A program made the position numbers and the translations under genes. A stretch of 64,000 nt of DNA from the human T2T-CHM13v2.0 reference genome, Homo sapiens. Below the pieces are notes generated by a model. The model made no database searches. It saw only the letters and a list, made by a program, of their open reading frames with translations, and had not been told where the DNA came from. Location of the stretch: NCBI RefSeq assembly GCF_009914755.1, contig NC_060934.1; one strand, written 5' to 3'. Positions 33,550 to 51,778 of this stretch are shown here, piece by piece. Positions within the stretch are counted from its first letter, which is position 1. Every line of letters starts with the position of its first letter.

Positions 33550-34020
33550 GAGGGTGGTCATGCATTCTATTGTGGTCATGCTAAATTTGATATGCCATTT
33601 AAATATCAAAGTAGAGTTATCAAGAAGGCAGTTGGATATAGTAGTCTGGACTTCAGGGGAGAAATCCATGTTGGAGATAATGCTTTGAGTTGTTTGCTTA
33701 AAGAAGTATTCAATGCCACGGCATTGGATGAGGTCACTGAATGTGAGTGTTAAGAAAGAAAAGTGAAAGAGGCCCAGGACAGAGCTCTGGGAAACAGCAA
33801 CATTTAGTAACTAGCAGAGGAGCCACAATAGGAGAGTAAGGGAGTGTAGCCCTCAAGGGAGGAAGAGCAGAGAATGTGGTCTGTTGCAAGCCACGTAACC
33901 TGAGTGTTTTGGAGAGAATAGTCAACTTTGCCAAGTAGTGCTGAACATTCAAGAAAATAGTGTAACATTGAATTTGGCCCCACAGAGTTATTTAATGACC
34001 TTGACAAGAGCCACCTCTGT
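33550..34020 (-). mobile_element. L2 fragment
   Basis: aaatttgatatgcc, ggcagttggatatagtagtctgga, ggatgaggtcac and taatgaccttgacaagagc are typical antisense L2 motifs. Confidence 0.7.
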
Positions 34021-34443
34021 AGAGTGGGGTGAAGGACATATCAAGATGACATACTCATTGATATAAACACAGAGAAGGGCAGATAAACACTGTAACCTTT
34101 CCTGTATAATGCACCTCAGTCTAATCATGAGAAAACATCCAAAAAGCCTCAGTTGAAGGGTATTAACCAGGCAGTCCTAGCCAGGAGAGATGGAGGTGAG
34201 AGACAAGGTGAGGAAGGAGAAATAGGGAATATGAACTCCTCTTTTAGGAAGCTCAGCTATGAAGGGATGAGAAATAGGGCAATAGCTGGAAAGGATAGGG
34301 GATCAAAGGAGATAATTTTAAAGATGGGAGATACTAGAGCACAGGTTGTATGCTGATGGAAGGAGGAGGTTGATGATACATATGAGAGGGGATCATTATA
34401 GCAGTGGATCCTGGAAACAGCAAGTGCACAGCAGAAAAGTTAG

Positions 34444-34823
<380 letters not shown>

Positions 34824-35068
34824 TGAAATTCTTTCTACTTGTTTATAATTGCTCAGTGAAGTGTGAGTTATGGTCATCAGTTGAGAGTTCTGGTACAGAG
34901 GACTGTAAAAGAAATGTCTTTTTAGTCTTTTTTTTCTAGGTTCTCCATAATGAACATGCATTACTTTTATAATTAGATAAAAGATTACAAAAATTTATAT
35001 CCTTTGACCCAACAGATTTTGTTCTTTTGCCAAGGAAGAGGAAAAATATTTCTGTACAAATATATTTA

Positions 35069-35117
35069 CGGCCTCCCAAAGTGCTGGGATTACAGGTGTG
35101 AGCCACCGCACCCGGCC
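35069..35117 (-). mobile_element. Isolated 49-nt Alu 5'-end fragment
   Basis: cggcctcccaaagtgctgggattacaggtgtgagccaccgcacccggcc with no remaining body or tail. Confidence 0.9.
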
Positions 35118-36571
35118 ATTATTTTTATACTTGGAAAAAATCAATGTAATAAAAACAATCATACACTCACCAGTGACCCATCATGCCATTTAATGATTCT
35201 TGGAAAAGGTAAACACCATCAACCTTCCTAGCCATTAACCAGATTATTTTCCTGTAACGGTGTTTGTCCCACAGAAACTTGCAGCGGCTCTGGTAATACA
35301 GCTCTATATGTTAAAGGGACTGTGCCACTCCATCTTTGCAACAAAATTCTACTTACAGAAACTGTGTTTCTTTGCTGTTTTTTTACTTGTGTCTATGCTT
35401 TTACTTGTCTCTAAGCTAAGCGTGGAGTGAAGAAAGATGTTAGGAATTCTGCAGATGGAGAATAACCATCAAATAGTCTTGCCAACACAGATATCAGATT
35501 TATTTCAACATCTAAAACTCAGGTCGCTCTATCTAAAATAATACAGAGCAGAGAGAAGTCACATTTACAGCGTAAACACACAAAATTTCCCAGTATGACA
35601 TTTTTTTTCTTTAGCCTCCAGACATCTGATTCCTTTTCAAAACACACAAATCCTCTCACCCAGCCCAGAGCCACCCAAAAGGGATTTCCATATGGTAGAT
35701 GTTGCTTAAAATTTGCTAACAGACTTAATGAAGTTACTCCTCTTAACAGGTAGGATTGTGCCTGTTGTCCAACTCATAAATAAAGGATCATACATCACTT
35801 CTTTAGGTTGTTCCTTAGTTGTAAATCAAAATTTATACCAGAGTGTAACGTATCTTTTCTTCTGTTGTTTGAATATGTAATCCGTGCATATTAAAATAGT
35901 GCACAGCTGTAGTCAGTGAAAAAGCCTTCCCACCAATGTCCCTCCACAGAGGCAGCCAGCATACCCAATTTCTTGCATATATTTCTAGAGATATTCTATT
36001 TATATATAAGCAAATAAGTGGAGCATTCATGAAAAACTTAATAAGACCCTTAAACATCACGTAATATTCTTTATCACTGTATCAAATACATGAAGGATGG
36101 TGGTCAGAAAAGCTTATAATGCCAGAAGCCACTAAAAATTGGAGATTAGAAAGAATTTAATATTTTTCTGAAATAGAAGTCTAAATGATTGGGGAAAAGA
36201 CAATGCTTTAAAAATTGATTTCTATACACATCAGTTGCATTAAAGGAGACATCTAATTGGGTGAGCATATAGAAAAATACTAATCTTTGCTACTGGCTTG
36301 TAAATTTTTAATATACTAGACATTTTATGGTTTAGTTTTTTAAAATAGTGTCACTCTCCCAGTCATAAAGTATGCATTGATCTTAATACATATATATGTG
36401 TTATATACTATCTATAATATTATTTTATATATTAATATATAGTATATATAAAACATTATATATTAAATATAAATATATATTTAAAATTATTTTGTGACCC
36501 ACAGATGATTGATAGCGGCTTGCCATCCCCCACTTCAGACTCCTCTTTTCTCCAGATTTTTTGCCTATTAC

Positions 36572-36783
36572 AAGGTCAGCAGTTAATGGCTCATAGGTCA
36601 AATCAGGCTTGCCACCTATTTTTGTGAATGAAGTTTTATTAGAACACAGCTATGCTTATCCATTTATGTGTTGACTGTAGCTGTTTTCATGCCATAATGA
36701 CAGGGTTGAGTACTTGTAACACAGGTTGTGTGGGCTGCAAAGCTGAAAATATTTATCTGATCCTTTACATAAAATGTGCCCTG
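36572..36783. mobile_element. hAT-Charlie MER58A-like
   Basis: gccacctatttttgtgaatgaagttttattagaacacagc ... gcaaagctgaaaatatttatctgatcctttaca. Confidence 0.8.
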
Positions 36784-38399
36784 GAGTAAGAAATCTTCAT
36801 TATGGTAATGAATGAGCAAGAAGCATTAGAGAAAAGAAAACTCAAGAGCTGATTTTAAATGTGCAATAACATTATAAGGTATAGAGTATCACATAGGAAT
36901 ATGCAAACTATGTATAAAATCTCTTGGATTTCAGTTATTTCATATGCTTTAGTGTCCACCTAGAAAAAAGTAGGGACACTGCTCTTATAGAGATTTAGAA
37001 TAAATTAAGGGTGTGGGTACACAAGTACATACATAGCTAAACATGTACGGATTTTCATCTACTTTAATGTATCACTTTTCCAATCCCATCCTTCTTTCCA
37101 ACATTGCTACAAATTTTATGAATATATATTTATCTGTGCAGCCCAGATTAAAGTACATCTTTAAAGAAGTAAATGTGAAAGAGAAAAGTCTCCAGGAATG
37201 AAGAGGGCAATTAAGACTTACTGGGGGCTTGGTCACTATGATATCTGTCACTCCAGGTATTGAGCGTTGATCCAGTGCTATGGCTCACCAGGCTGGTGTG
37301 TGCTTCCTTCTCCACCATCATTTCAAAACTACATACCAGGTCAAAGGGGTCAAACTGCAGATAAATAAAATCTAATCTCCTAGGGCACACCAGGGAGAGC
37401 CTGTACTCCCGTCGGTACTACCAATGCTGGTAGACAACGTTGGTTGTTCATGTTACTGGAATTTAAAGATGGATAAGGAAATGAATACAAAACCATTGCT
37501 TGGATTTATGTTTAACAAAAGATTGCTATTCTACCCCAGTGGTTCCTTAATCACCTTAGGTGATACAGCTTGATATTTACAAGAGTACTTTAAAGCAAAG
37601 TAAAAGCAAATAAAGCTGTTTCATTACAACAGTACAACTAAATAGTAAGGATAAAAATTTAACATCAGGCAACAATAGTTGATTTTTTTTTCAATTTGTA
37701 GAGCAGAAATACAAATAAAGCTATATTAACCACCCCTAAGGGTATTTGTGACCTTTGACAACACTGAAAGAAAATATTTATAGTCTGAAACTATGTCTCT
37801 CCAGTATTACAGAGTAAATGAAAAATATAATATGGTTAACAAGTTGTACTTTTCACAAGAGGACAAAATTCTTATAGAAGGATTCCGACTTTGCTTTTTC
37901 CAAGTCTTACAGAAAGAAAACATTGAAAAAAGTAACAAGAATGGAAAGAGTGGGAAAGTAACAAGAATGGAAAGCACTTCTATAAAACGAAGGCAAAAGG
38001 CAAATATTAAAAGTATAAAATTATCTTGAAACATATTTAATATATATAGTATGTGTGTATATACACATATACATTGAAAAGTACATATATTCTTTGTCTT
38101 AGAACATTTAATTTGTTTATAACCAGAGTGTAAAAATAAAAATACGTTTTCTTTGGTTTCACAGTAGATGAACATTTAGTAAAGGCAAACTATTCACTCA
38201 AATATATTTTGAGCATCCATCATTTGTGAGAATCTGATCTAGGAGTACGGGGTGTGTCAGTCAGTTATAAAACAAAACAAAACAAAACCTGTTTTCATGG
38301 AACTTACATACTTATTGGAAGACCCAGACAATACATATAAAAAGTTTATTGAGCAGTGTAGTATATCACATGGTGATGCATGCTAAAGAAAAATAGAGC

Positions 38400-38766
<367 letters not shown>

Positions 38767-39359
38767 TTACGATGTTGAAAATGGTGGTTATCCCAGACCT
38801 CACAATCAAGAGAAGTACTTTAGGCTTGTGGCTCTTTGGGCAGAGAGAAGAGTCAGCCTTTGAGGCAGGAGTGAGCCAGGTGTTAGAGGCTCGGCCAAGA
38901 GGGATCGAGAAAGCTAGCGAGGAGTAATTGGGGACACACTGTTAGGAGATACGGTGGGAGAAGCAATGGGGTGGGTGTGGGATCAGATTATAAGAGACCT
39001 TACTTTGAGTGACATGGGAGGGTACTGACCAGATGGGTGACAATTTTGAGTTATGTCTTAAAAAGATCATTCTCACTATATGCAATAACCAAGGTCGGAA
39101 ACAATGGTGGCTTAAAGATCAGTGTAGTAGCAATGGAAGTTTTGCTTTAGAAATAGACATTTATGATTTTATTAAATACTCTAGGATTTAGATGGAGAGC
39201 ACAATATTGTTTAATGAAGAAATCCCACCTTTTCACCCATGTATTCAATCAGCAGTTCATGGAAAACTCTCCAAACTGTTTTTACATATGGTCCAGGTTT
39301 TCTTAGCTTCCTGCCAATATTTCTGTATTCTGTACATTTTCCATTTGCCTTTCTAGATT

Positions 39360-39831
39360 TTGGTAGGCTGAGTAACGACCCTCTGAGACACCTAGGTCCA
39401 ATCCCTGGGATCTGTGAATATTACTTTGCCTGGCAAAAGGAACCATGCAGTTGTGATTAAGTCAAGGATCTGGAGAAGGGGAAATTATCCGGGATTAGTG
39501 GCCGGGCCCTAAATATAATCATAAGAGTCCTTATAAGACAGAGGCAAGAAGGTTAGTGAGGGAGAAAACAATATGAGTATGGAAGCAGCTGTTAAATTGA
39601 TGCAGCCATGACTGAAGAATGCCTACAGCCTCCAGAAACTGGAAAAGGCAAAGCAATGATTCTCCCCTAGAGTCTCCAGAAGGAACCAGCCCTGCTGATG
39701 ACACTGTGAATTTCCAGATGAAACTGATTTGGGATTTCTGGCCTGCAGAACTGTGAGAGAATAAATACTCATTGTTTTATGCCACAAGATTTGTGATAAA
39801 CTTGTTATAGCAGCAATGGGAAACTAATACA
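39360..39831 (+). mobile_element. MaLR solo LTR (MLT1C/D-like)
   Basis: tggtaggctgagtaa ... gtgattaagtcaaggatc ... gattctcccctagagtctccagaagga ... gcagcaatgggaaactaataca. Confidence 0.85.
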
Positions 39832-40119
39832 TAGGTCTACTTCCTGCTTCTTCACTCTGCCCTGTGCCCTGGAAAGCTGACCCTGGTGTGCTGCACCAAT
39901 CAAGCACCTGCAGATTGGAAGTGACACTGGCCAGGATCTACCTAAGGCAGCAGCTTCTATCCAGTGGTGCTAACCCTAGAGCTACAGCTCTCTCTTGGCT
40001 TTTGGAAACCACTTCTTCCACTTGCAGCTTCTGGCTGAGGGTAGTGAAAGTTGCTGTAGAGGGATCTTCACTAGCTCTTGTTTGTTTCCTTTATCAGTGC
40101 CCACACCTTCGTAAAGACA

Positions 40120-41385
40120 GGCTCTTTATCCAGTTTCTGCTCCAGCATGTAAGGAGGTTAGAAGTTGTCACTCCATCCTAACAACCAGTGAAAACTGAAC
40201 AAAATGAAAAATCAACAACTCTTAATTGGATCCATCAGAGAATAAGGTTACAGGGTAAACCACTCCCCACAGGTAGGAAAATACAAAAAAATATCAGCTT
40301 ATTGGAGCAGAAACATGCAAGCAGAGACATCCAAGGGAGCAATTAGTGGGGTGGGAAAATTTGAACTGTAATCGATGAATTGCTGGAGGCTCAGTCTGAC
40401 AGTTAAAAACTGTAGGAGATTCCAGTCACAGGTGGCCTCCATACTTTTATGGGTTTTACCTCCAGATCAGTCAGGTTCTCACAGTAAATTTCAGAGAAAA
40501 ATCCCTTCGTGTTTACATCAGGGAGAGAGGAAAAAGTGCCATTTAAAAATATGCCAGAGCATTGTGTTCCTTTTAACATGGTTTACCCTCCTCTTGTCCT
40601 TCCTAAGGAATAGGAGGGGAGTAGAGAAGGAGGAGACTGAGGCACTTGTGAAGATCACAGTTGAAAGTCACTGTCATTAAAAGGTTGAAACCTAATCATA
40701 TAACTATAGAATGCTTCCACTCCCTTATGCCTGTAGCATGTTACCAACACATGAATAAACACCTATTTATTGGAGTTACTTTTACCCAGTCTTGGCTATC
40801 AAAAAAAAATTACAAGGCATACTAACAGGCAAAAATCACAGTTTGAAGAAACAGAGCAATCATCAGAACCATGCTTAGATATGGCAGGTATGTTGAATTA
40901 CCACACCAGGAATTTTTTGTAAGTCCACAGTTAATATGATAAAGGCTGTAGTGGATGAAGTAGATGACCTGCAAGGACAGATGGGCAATGTAAGTAGAGA
41001 GATAGGAATTCTGAGAAGGAATTTGAAATGTTAGAAATCAAAAGCACTGTAACATAAATGAAGAACAACCTTAATGGGCTCATTAGTAGACTGGACTCGG
41101 TGGAGAAAACAATCTCTGAGATATATCAATAGAAATGTCTGAAATGGAAAGGCAATGAGAAAAAAGATTGAAAAACTGGAATAGAAGATCTAAGAATTGT
41201 GGAATATCTAAAAAAGGTATGATATATACATAATGGGAATACCAAGAGAAGAGAGGAGGAAACAAATATTTTAAGCAACAATGACTGAGAATTTTCCAAA
41301 GTTAACGTCAAATACTAAACCACAGAACCAAGATTCTCAGAGAATGCCAAGGAGGATAAATATTTTAAAAAGATACCAAACATAT
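40120..41385 (+). mobile_element. Old L1 5' portion (5'UTR/ORF1 remnant)
   Basis: Sense ORF1-like remnants (aatgactgagaattttccaaa, taaaccacagaaccaagattctcagagaatgccaag). Boundaries are approximate. Confidence 0.65.
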
Positions 41386-42096
41386 CTATAGCACATGTAA
41401 ATGGATAATGGCAGTGCATATGTCCCAGAGACAGTGATGATCTTCTATAAACAGAATGTAGAGAGCTTTAGTGTTGGAGGCTGAGGAAACTAGGTCAGGG
41501 GATGGCATTATTACTGAGAAATAGAGATGTCCTAAATGTGTTCAATTCCAAATGCCCAGAAGCAAAGTGCTATCTTCCCTCACAAAATCTGAAACTCCTC
41601 TAATATTTATCTCATTGACAGATACCATCATGTATTTAATTGTACACACCAGAAATCTCCATCTTTTTCAACTCTTATATCCACTACATCACCAAATTAT
41701 ATCATTTTAATCTCTTTAAAATTTCTCAAAACTCCATTTTTTCCATATCCATGAAGGAGATGATGGTGTCATTGACTGAGGTAGAGATAATTGAGGTGAG
41801 GCACAGTAAGAAGGACAGGAGGAAAAAAAAATAGATGCTATGAAAGCTACAGAGGAGAGAATTTCAAGACAGTAGATCAATAAAGTTAAAGGACACAGAG
41901 GAACTGAATAGAATGAAATCTAAAGAGGGCAGTTGAATAGGACGATAAGAAGGTCATTTTACTTTCAAGAGGCTGATAACAGTGCTGATGCCAGAGTTTA
42001 GTGAGTTGAGGAGTGAAGGTACATAAGGAAGGGTTCTGTGAATTAAGATTGTCCTTTGAAAAGTTGACAAGGAGATTGTTAAAGTTTGAGAAAAAT

Positions 42097-42687
42097 GCAG
42101 CAAATTGAGGGAAGGACAACTTAGGATGGTAGACTTGATCAACTGAGAATATGGACCCGGTGGAAAGGAAGCTTCTGATAGGATGGTAGAGCAAGTTACA
42201 CAGATAAAGAATCAATAGACAAATTAGTAGGGTTAACCCTGGAAAAGAAAGGCGATGCTTCCACCCTGGAAGTCACAGAGAAGTTGGGAGGGATGTGAAG
42301 AGGAGATACATGAAAATATACTACCATTTTGAGATAGAAGGGAAGGAACCTGAGTGAGTTTGTGTTAGTTTCCATTGAAGAAAAGGGAAAATAGATATTG
42401 GAAGCTTGAAAGGTAGACATTTTTGGACAACTGCTATGTAAAATGAGCTAGGAAGTCACCCTCTGGATGGGTGAAATAATTAATGAGTAGACTTCAAGGT
42501 CCAGTGGAGGGAAAACTAAAATCTTTCAGGCATGAGTTTTGTGACCACAAATAAGCAACACTGGAGCTGAAGAGAACTCAATAGCTAATTGGATCTATTA
42601 GTCAGTGCCCTGGAAGCAAAAATAGCACAATCCAAAGAAGTGTGATTGGAGAGAGTTTTTGTTTTTACTTTTTATTAAAATCAACTT
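42097..42687 (+). repeat. Local direct duplication, copy 1 (L2-like sequence plus start of the L1MC tail)
   Basis: Collinear with 47565-48163 over ~600 nt. Roughly 80% identity by eye. Confidence 0.92.
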
Positions 42688-44360
42688 TATTTTTAAGAGC
42701 AGTTTAAAGTTGATAACAAAATTGAGAGGAAGGCGTAGGGACTTCCCATGTGTCCCCTTCCCCCAGGTAGGCACAGCCTTCTCCACTGTCAACATCCCAC
42801 ACCACAGTGGTACTTTTGTTACAATTAGTGAACCTACATTGACACATCCCTATCATCCAGAGTCCACAGTTTACATTAAGGTTCGCTATTGGTGTTGTAC
42901 ATTCAATAGCTTTTGACAAATGTATAATGATAAGTATCTACAATTGTAGCATTGTACAGAATAGTTTCATTGACCTAAAAATGCTCTATTCTCTGCCTAT
43001 TCATCTCTCTGTGTCCTCTAATTTGCTGTCAATTACTGATCTTTTTTACCATCTCCATAGTTTTGCCTTTTCTAGAATGTAATAAAGTTGGACTCATATA
43101 TGTAGTTTTTTCAGATTAAGTTCTTTCACTTAGCAATATGCATTTGTATTTCTTCCATGTTTTTTTCATGGCTTGATAGCTCATTGCCTTTTAGCATTGA
43201 AAATACACTATTGTCTGAATGTACTAGAATGTATTTACCTATTTCCTCCTGAAGGACATCTTTGTTGCTTCCAGTTTTGGCAATTATGAAAAAAGCTGCT
43301 ATAAATATCGATGTACAGGTTTTTGTGTGGTTTTCTACTCATTTGGGTAGAAAGAAGCACAGTAGCTGAATTGTATGGCAAGAGCATGTTTCATTTTGTA
43401 AGAAACTGTCAAACTGTCTTCCAAACTGGCTGTACCATTTTTCATTCCCACCAGCAATGAATGATTACTGTAGCTTTATAGGAAGTCTTGAAATTGCACA
43501 GTGTCAGTCCTCCAGCTTTTTCTTCTTCAGTATTGGTTGCCTATTCTGGATCTTTTGACTTTCCATATAAACTTTAGAATCAGTTTGCCAATATCCACAA
43601 AATAATTTGTTTGGATTTTGCTTGGGATTGCATTGAATCTGTAAAGCAGGTTGAAAAGACCTGACATCTTGATAATATTGAGTCTTCCTATCCATGAACA
43701 TAGAATATCTTTCCATTTACTTAGTTCTTGTTTTATTTTATCAGAGTTTTGTAATTTTCTTGTATGTATTTTGTTAGATTTATACTTAAGTATTTTATTG
43801 GGAGGGTGCTAATGTAAGTGGTATTGTGTTTTTAATTTCCATTTTCACTTATTCATTTCTGGTATATAGGAAAGCAGTGATTTTTTATATTAATCTTGTG
43901 TCTGAAAACCTTGCTGTAATTGCTTATTCATTCCAGGAGGTTTTTATGCTGACTCTTTCAGATTTTCAACATAAACAATTATGTCATCTGAGAACAAAGA
44001 TAGTTTTATTTCTTTCTTCTCTATCAGTATACCTTTTAAGTCATTTTTTGGTCTTATTGCATTAGCTATTGACTTCCACTATGATAATGAAAAGGAGTGT
44101 AGAGAGGGAACATCCTTGCTTTGTTTCTGATCTTAGCAGGAAAGCTTCTAATTTCTCATCATTATGTATTGTAACTGTAGGCTATTTTACATGTTGTTTA
44201 TGAAGTTAAGGAAGCTCCCTTCTGTGGCTCATTTACTGGGAGTTTTTATCATGAAAAGAGGTTGAATTTTGTCAGATGCTTTCTCTGCATCTATTGATAT
44301 GATCATGTCATTTTCCCTTTTTAGCCTATTGATGTGATGAATTATATTAATTTATTTCAC
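42655..44360 (-). mobile_element. L1MC-type element (3' end and ORF2 part) with an internal deletion near 43463
   Basis: tttaagagcagtttaaagtt..aaaattgagaggaagg..ttcccatgtg..ccaccacagtggtacttttgttacaatt is the L1MC 3' end. ORF remnants at 43504..43716. Confidence 0.85.
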
Positions 44361-44737
44361 CCATCAGTCACCACCCCTACATACAAACACTCTTCCTCAG
44401 GTTACTGGAATCCTACTTCTACTTAAAGACCAAGATTAAATGCTAAATCTGCTAAGAACTGTACCCACTGTTCCAAAATGGAATTAATTTTCCCTCCTTG
44501 CTATTTCCACTTTATATATTACTTTAATTTTGGCATTTGCCGTATACTTTGTGTTTTTTAAAAATATTTGTGTTCACATCTCCCACTAGTTTGAAACTCA
44601 TTGATTGTACAACCTGGATTTTTTTCCACATTCAATAACCCCACAACACTTGGGAGAATGCTTGCACGTGGCAGGGTCTCAATAAATATGAGTTGGATTG
44701 AACTGCATACTTAGATTTTTATTAAAACAACAATGAC

Positions 44738-45445
<708 letters not shown>

Positions 45446-45745
45446 TTACAATTCTAATATATGGCACTTGGCATGTAGCTAAATCTGACAAATCAATGTA
45501 TGCATATTTTAAAACTTATTTCATACTGGAAACATGAAAATTAACCAGAAAAATAAGCAGTCATGATTGATTAGATATTCACTGATGTATAAAGATTATG
45601 GAAACACTTAGATGTTCTTGTGAAAAGGTAGATGGACTTACTCATTTTAAGAAATGCCCAATATTATACAAAGAAAAATGATTTAAAGCTATTTTCTATC
45701 CAAACCTCAAACATTCAGTTGGTTTCAGGCAAACATGGGTATTGA

Positions 45746-46090
<345 letters not shown>

Positions 46091-47123
46091 GACACGTTGT
46101 TTTTTGCATCTTTGTATCAAGACATAAAAGGATGAATAACACTTGATTTCTACACACAACTTTCTCAAGGTATAGCAGGAACAATGAACATGTATAGACT
46201 TCATTAAATATGAGAACTTCTCCACTAGTGGTGTATTCTCTCTGGAAAGACCTGCAGTGTCTTCACAGAGAGGGTAATTTAAGCCTAACTTTGAAGGATA
46301 CGTAGAATTTTGCCGAGTATGGAAGGAAAATAATCCAGGTAGAGAAATGGAATGAACAAAGTACAGAGTCTTGAAAATGCTTGGTATATTAAGAGCCCTT
46401 CTGTACAGAGCTGATGGAGAATAATGCTGGAAAGGTTGTTTAAGGCAAGATTATGAAGGTCCATGAAATCCATGCCAAGAAATTTTTAAGTTGTACCATA
46501 GAAGATAGGGAGCCATCTGAGGTTGTTTTAATCATCACAATGACCAAATCTTTTCTAAGTTTTTGACAGCTAATACCAAAAACATCATAGAGGATGAATT
46601 CACAAGAGTGGAAGAGTGAGGGCACCAACCAGCCAAGTATTGATCCCTCTGCTCCTCACCATCCACTCCCTGTCGTTCTCCAGTAACAGTCTGTAGCAGC
46701 CAAATGGGTCCATAAAAACAGACAGAAAATTCAGGGCCCTTCAATTAAATGGATAATTGGATTTCTTCCTCTTTTGTCTTAAAAAGAATATATCAAAAAT
46801 GGTTATACTTACAAGAATCACGTTGAAAATAGGGGAGTAAATAAGATGATACTTGTTCAATTCAGCAAATGTGGAGACCAACTATGTGCAAATTCCATGC
46901 CAGACGTTGGGGGGGATATACAGTCACTTAGTCATTCAACTAAAGTTTATCGAGAAACTACACTATTCTAAACAATCTCCTTATTCATGGGATACAACAA
47001 GAAGCTAAAGGCATAGTTTTGCAGATCTTGATGCTTACATTCTAGTAAGGACTTCAAATATTAACTAAATTATCCACACAAGTGTATAATTTTTTAAGTG
47101 GTATAAAAATTATGGAGGAATCT

Positions 47124-47419
47124 TGTAATCCCAGCATTTTGGGAGGCTGAGGCGGGCAGATCACGAGGTCAGGAGATTGAGACCATCCTGGCTAACATGG
47201 TGAAACCCCATCTCTACTAAAAGTACAAAAATTAGCCAGGCATGGTAGCATGCCTGTAGTCTCAGCTACTCGGGAGGCTGAGGCAAGAGAATTGCTTGAA
47301 CCCAGGAGGCAGAAGTTGCAGTGAGCCGAGATCACACCACTGCACTCTGGCCTGGCGACAGAGTGAGATGCCGTCTCAAAAAAAAAAAAAAAAAAAAACA
47401 AAAAAAACAAAAAAAAACG
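47124..47419 (+). mobile_element. AluS (Sc-like), 5'-truncated
   Basis: Starts at tgtaatcccagc. TSD aaattatggag(g/t)aatct (47107-47123 / 47420-47436). Confidence 0.93.
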
Positions 47420-47494
47420 AAATTATGGAGTAATCTAATTAAGAGTTGCAAATAAGTATAAGACACTATTTCTGTCATTAGATACATTTTTTTA

Positions 47495-48450
47495 AATATC
47501 AGAAACATGATTTGCAAATAGTTTCTCCCAGTCTGTTGCTTGGTTTTATTTTCTTAACAAGAAAGCAGCAAATTGAGGACTGTACACGTTAGGATGATAG
47601 AAGATGTGATCAACTGAGAATATGGATCTGTGGAAAGGAAGCTTCTGATGGCATGATACAGCAAGCTACACAGGAAAGAAAATCGAAAGACAGGTGGGGC
47701 GGGTTAACCCTGGAAAAGAATGGTGGCACTTCCACCCTGTAAAGTGAAAAAGAAGTGTGTATGGGGGTGAGGGAATATGAGAAGATAGATGAAAATATAC
47801 TAACATTTTGAGATAAAAGGGAAGGAACTTGAGTGAGTTTGTATTAGCTTCCATTGAAGAAGAGGGAAAATAGATATTGGAAGCTTGAAAGGTAGACATT
47901 TTTGGACGACTGCTATCTAAAATGAGCTAGGAAGTCTCCTGCGGAGGGGTAAATAATTAATGAGTAACTTCAGGGTCCAGTGGAGGGAAAATTCTAATCT
48001 TTCATTTGTGAGTTCTGTGACCAGAAATCTGCAACATTGGAGCTGAAGAGAAGTCAATGGCTGGCTGGATCTAGTAGTCAGTGTCCTGGCAGGAAAATGA
48101 CACAGTCCAAAGAAGTGTGATTGGAGAGAATTTTTTGTTTTCATTTTTTATTAAAATAAACTTGCACAGTGCAGTTGTTTATAATTTTAGTGAAGCCCAA
48201 TTTATCAATTTTTTATTTCATGGATGGCATTGTTGGTGTTGCATATAAAAACTTATTTCCAAACCCAAAGGTATCTAGATTTTTTCCTATGTTATCTTCT
48301 GGAGTTTTATAGTTTTACATTTTACATTTAGATATGTGATTTATTTTGAGTTAATATTTGTAAAAGGTGAAAGGTCAGTGTCTTGAGTCACTTTTTTTTG
48401 CATGTGAATGTCCAATTGTTCCAGCACCATATGTTGAAAAGATATTCCTA
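47495..48450 (-). mobile_element. L1 ORF2 3' fragment, split by the duplicated segment
   Basis: gatttgcaaatagtttctcccagtctg...ttaaca | insert | gcacagtgcag...gaagcccaatttatc ... ttccagcaccatatgttgaaaaga. Confidence 0.8.
47565..48163 (+). repeat. Local direct duplication, copy 2
   Basis: Collinear with 42097-42687 and includes a 57/58-nt identical core. Confidence 0.92.
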
Positions 48451-48804
48451 TCCTAGGAAATTTACAATCTAGTAAAGGGTATAAGGCCAGCACACAAATG
48501 AATGACTGAAATGACATTTAACTAAGATATCTATCCTAAAGGATGTGTAGAATTGTGCTGAGGAGTGTAAAAGGTGACATTTAAGGTGGATTGTGAAAAG
48601 TGAATAAAGTTTTATCATACAGATTGGGCTGAGAAGGAAACAACAAGAACAAAATGACAGGTGAAGAAAGCACAGGGATGTATAGTTTAAGAAACAGAAA
48701 CAAGTCCAGTTAAGCTAAAGTGTAAAAGTGTATTTTCTGGCAAATACACTGGAAAGACAGATTGTGTAATGTTATGGAAGGCCTTGAATGAGTTTCCTAT
48801 AATT

Positions 48805-50720
<1,916 letters not shown>

Positions 50721-50811
50721 AAAGGAGCAGTGGGCTTAGATAGGGGAACGGGCAGTTTATTAATAGGCTTAAATTTCTAAGCAATAAGAAACCATTACAG
50801 TTTTCTGAGTA

Positions 50812-51778
<967 letters not shown>

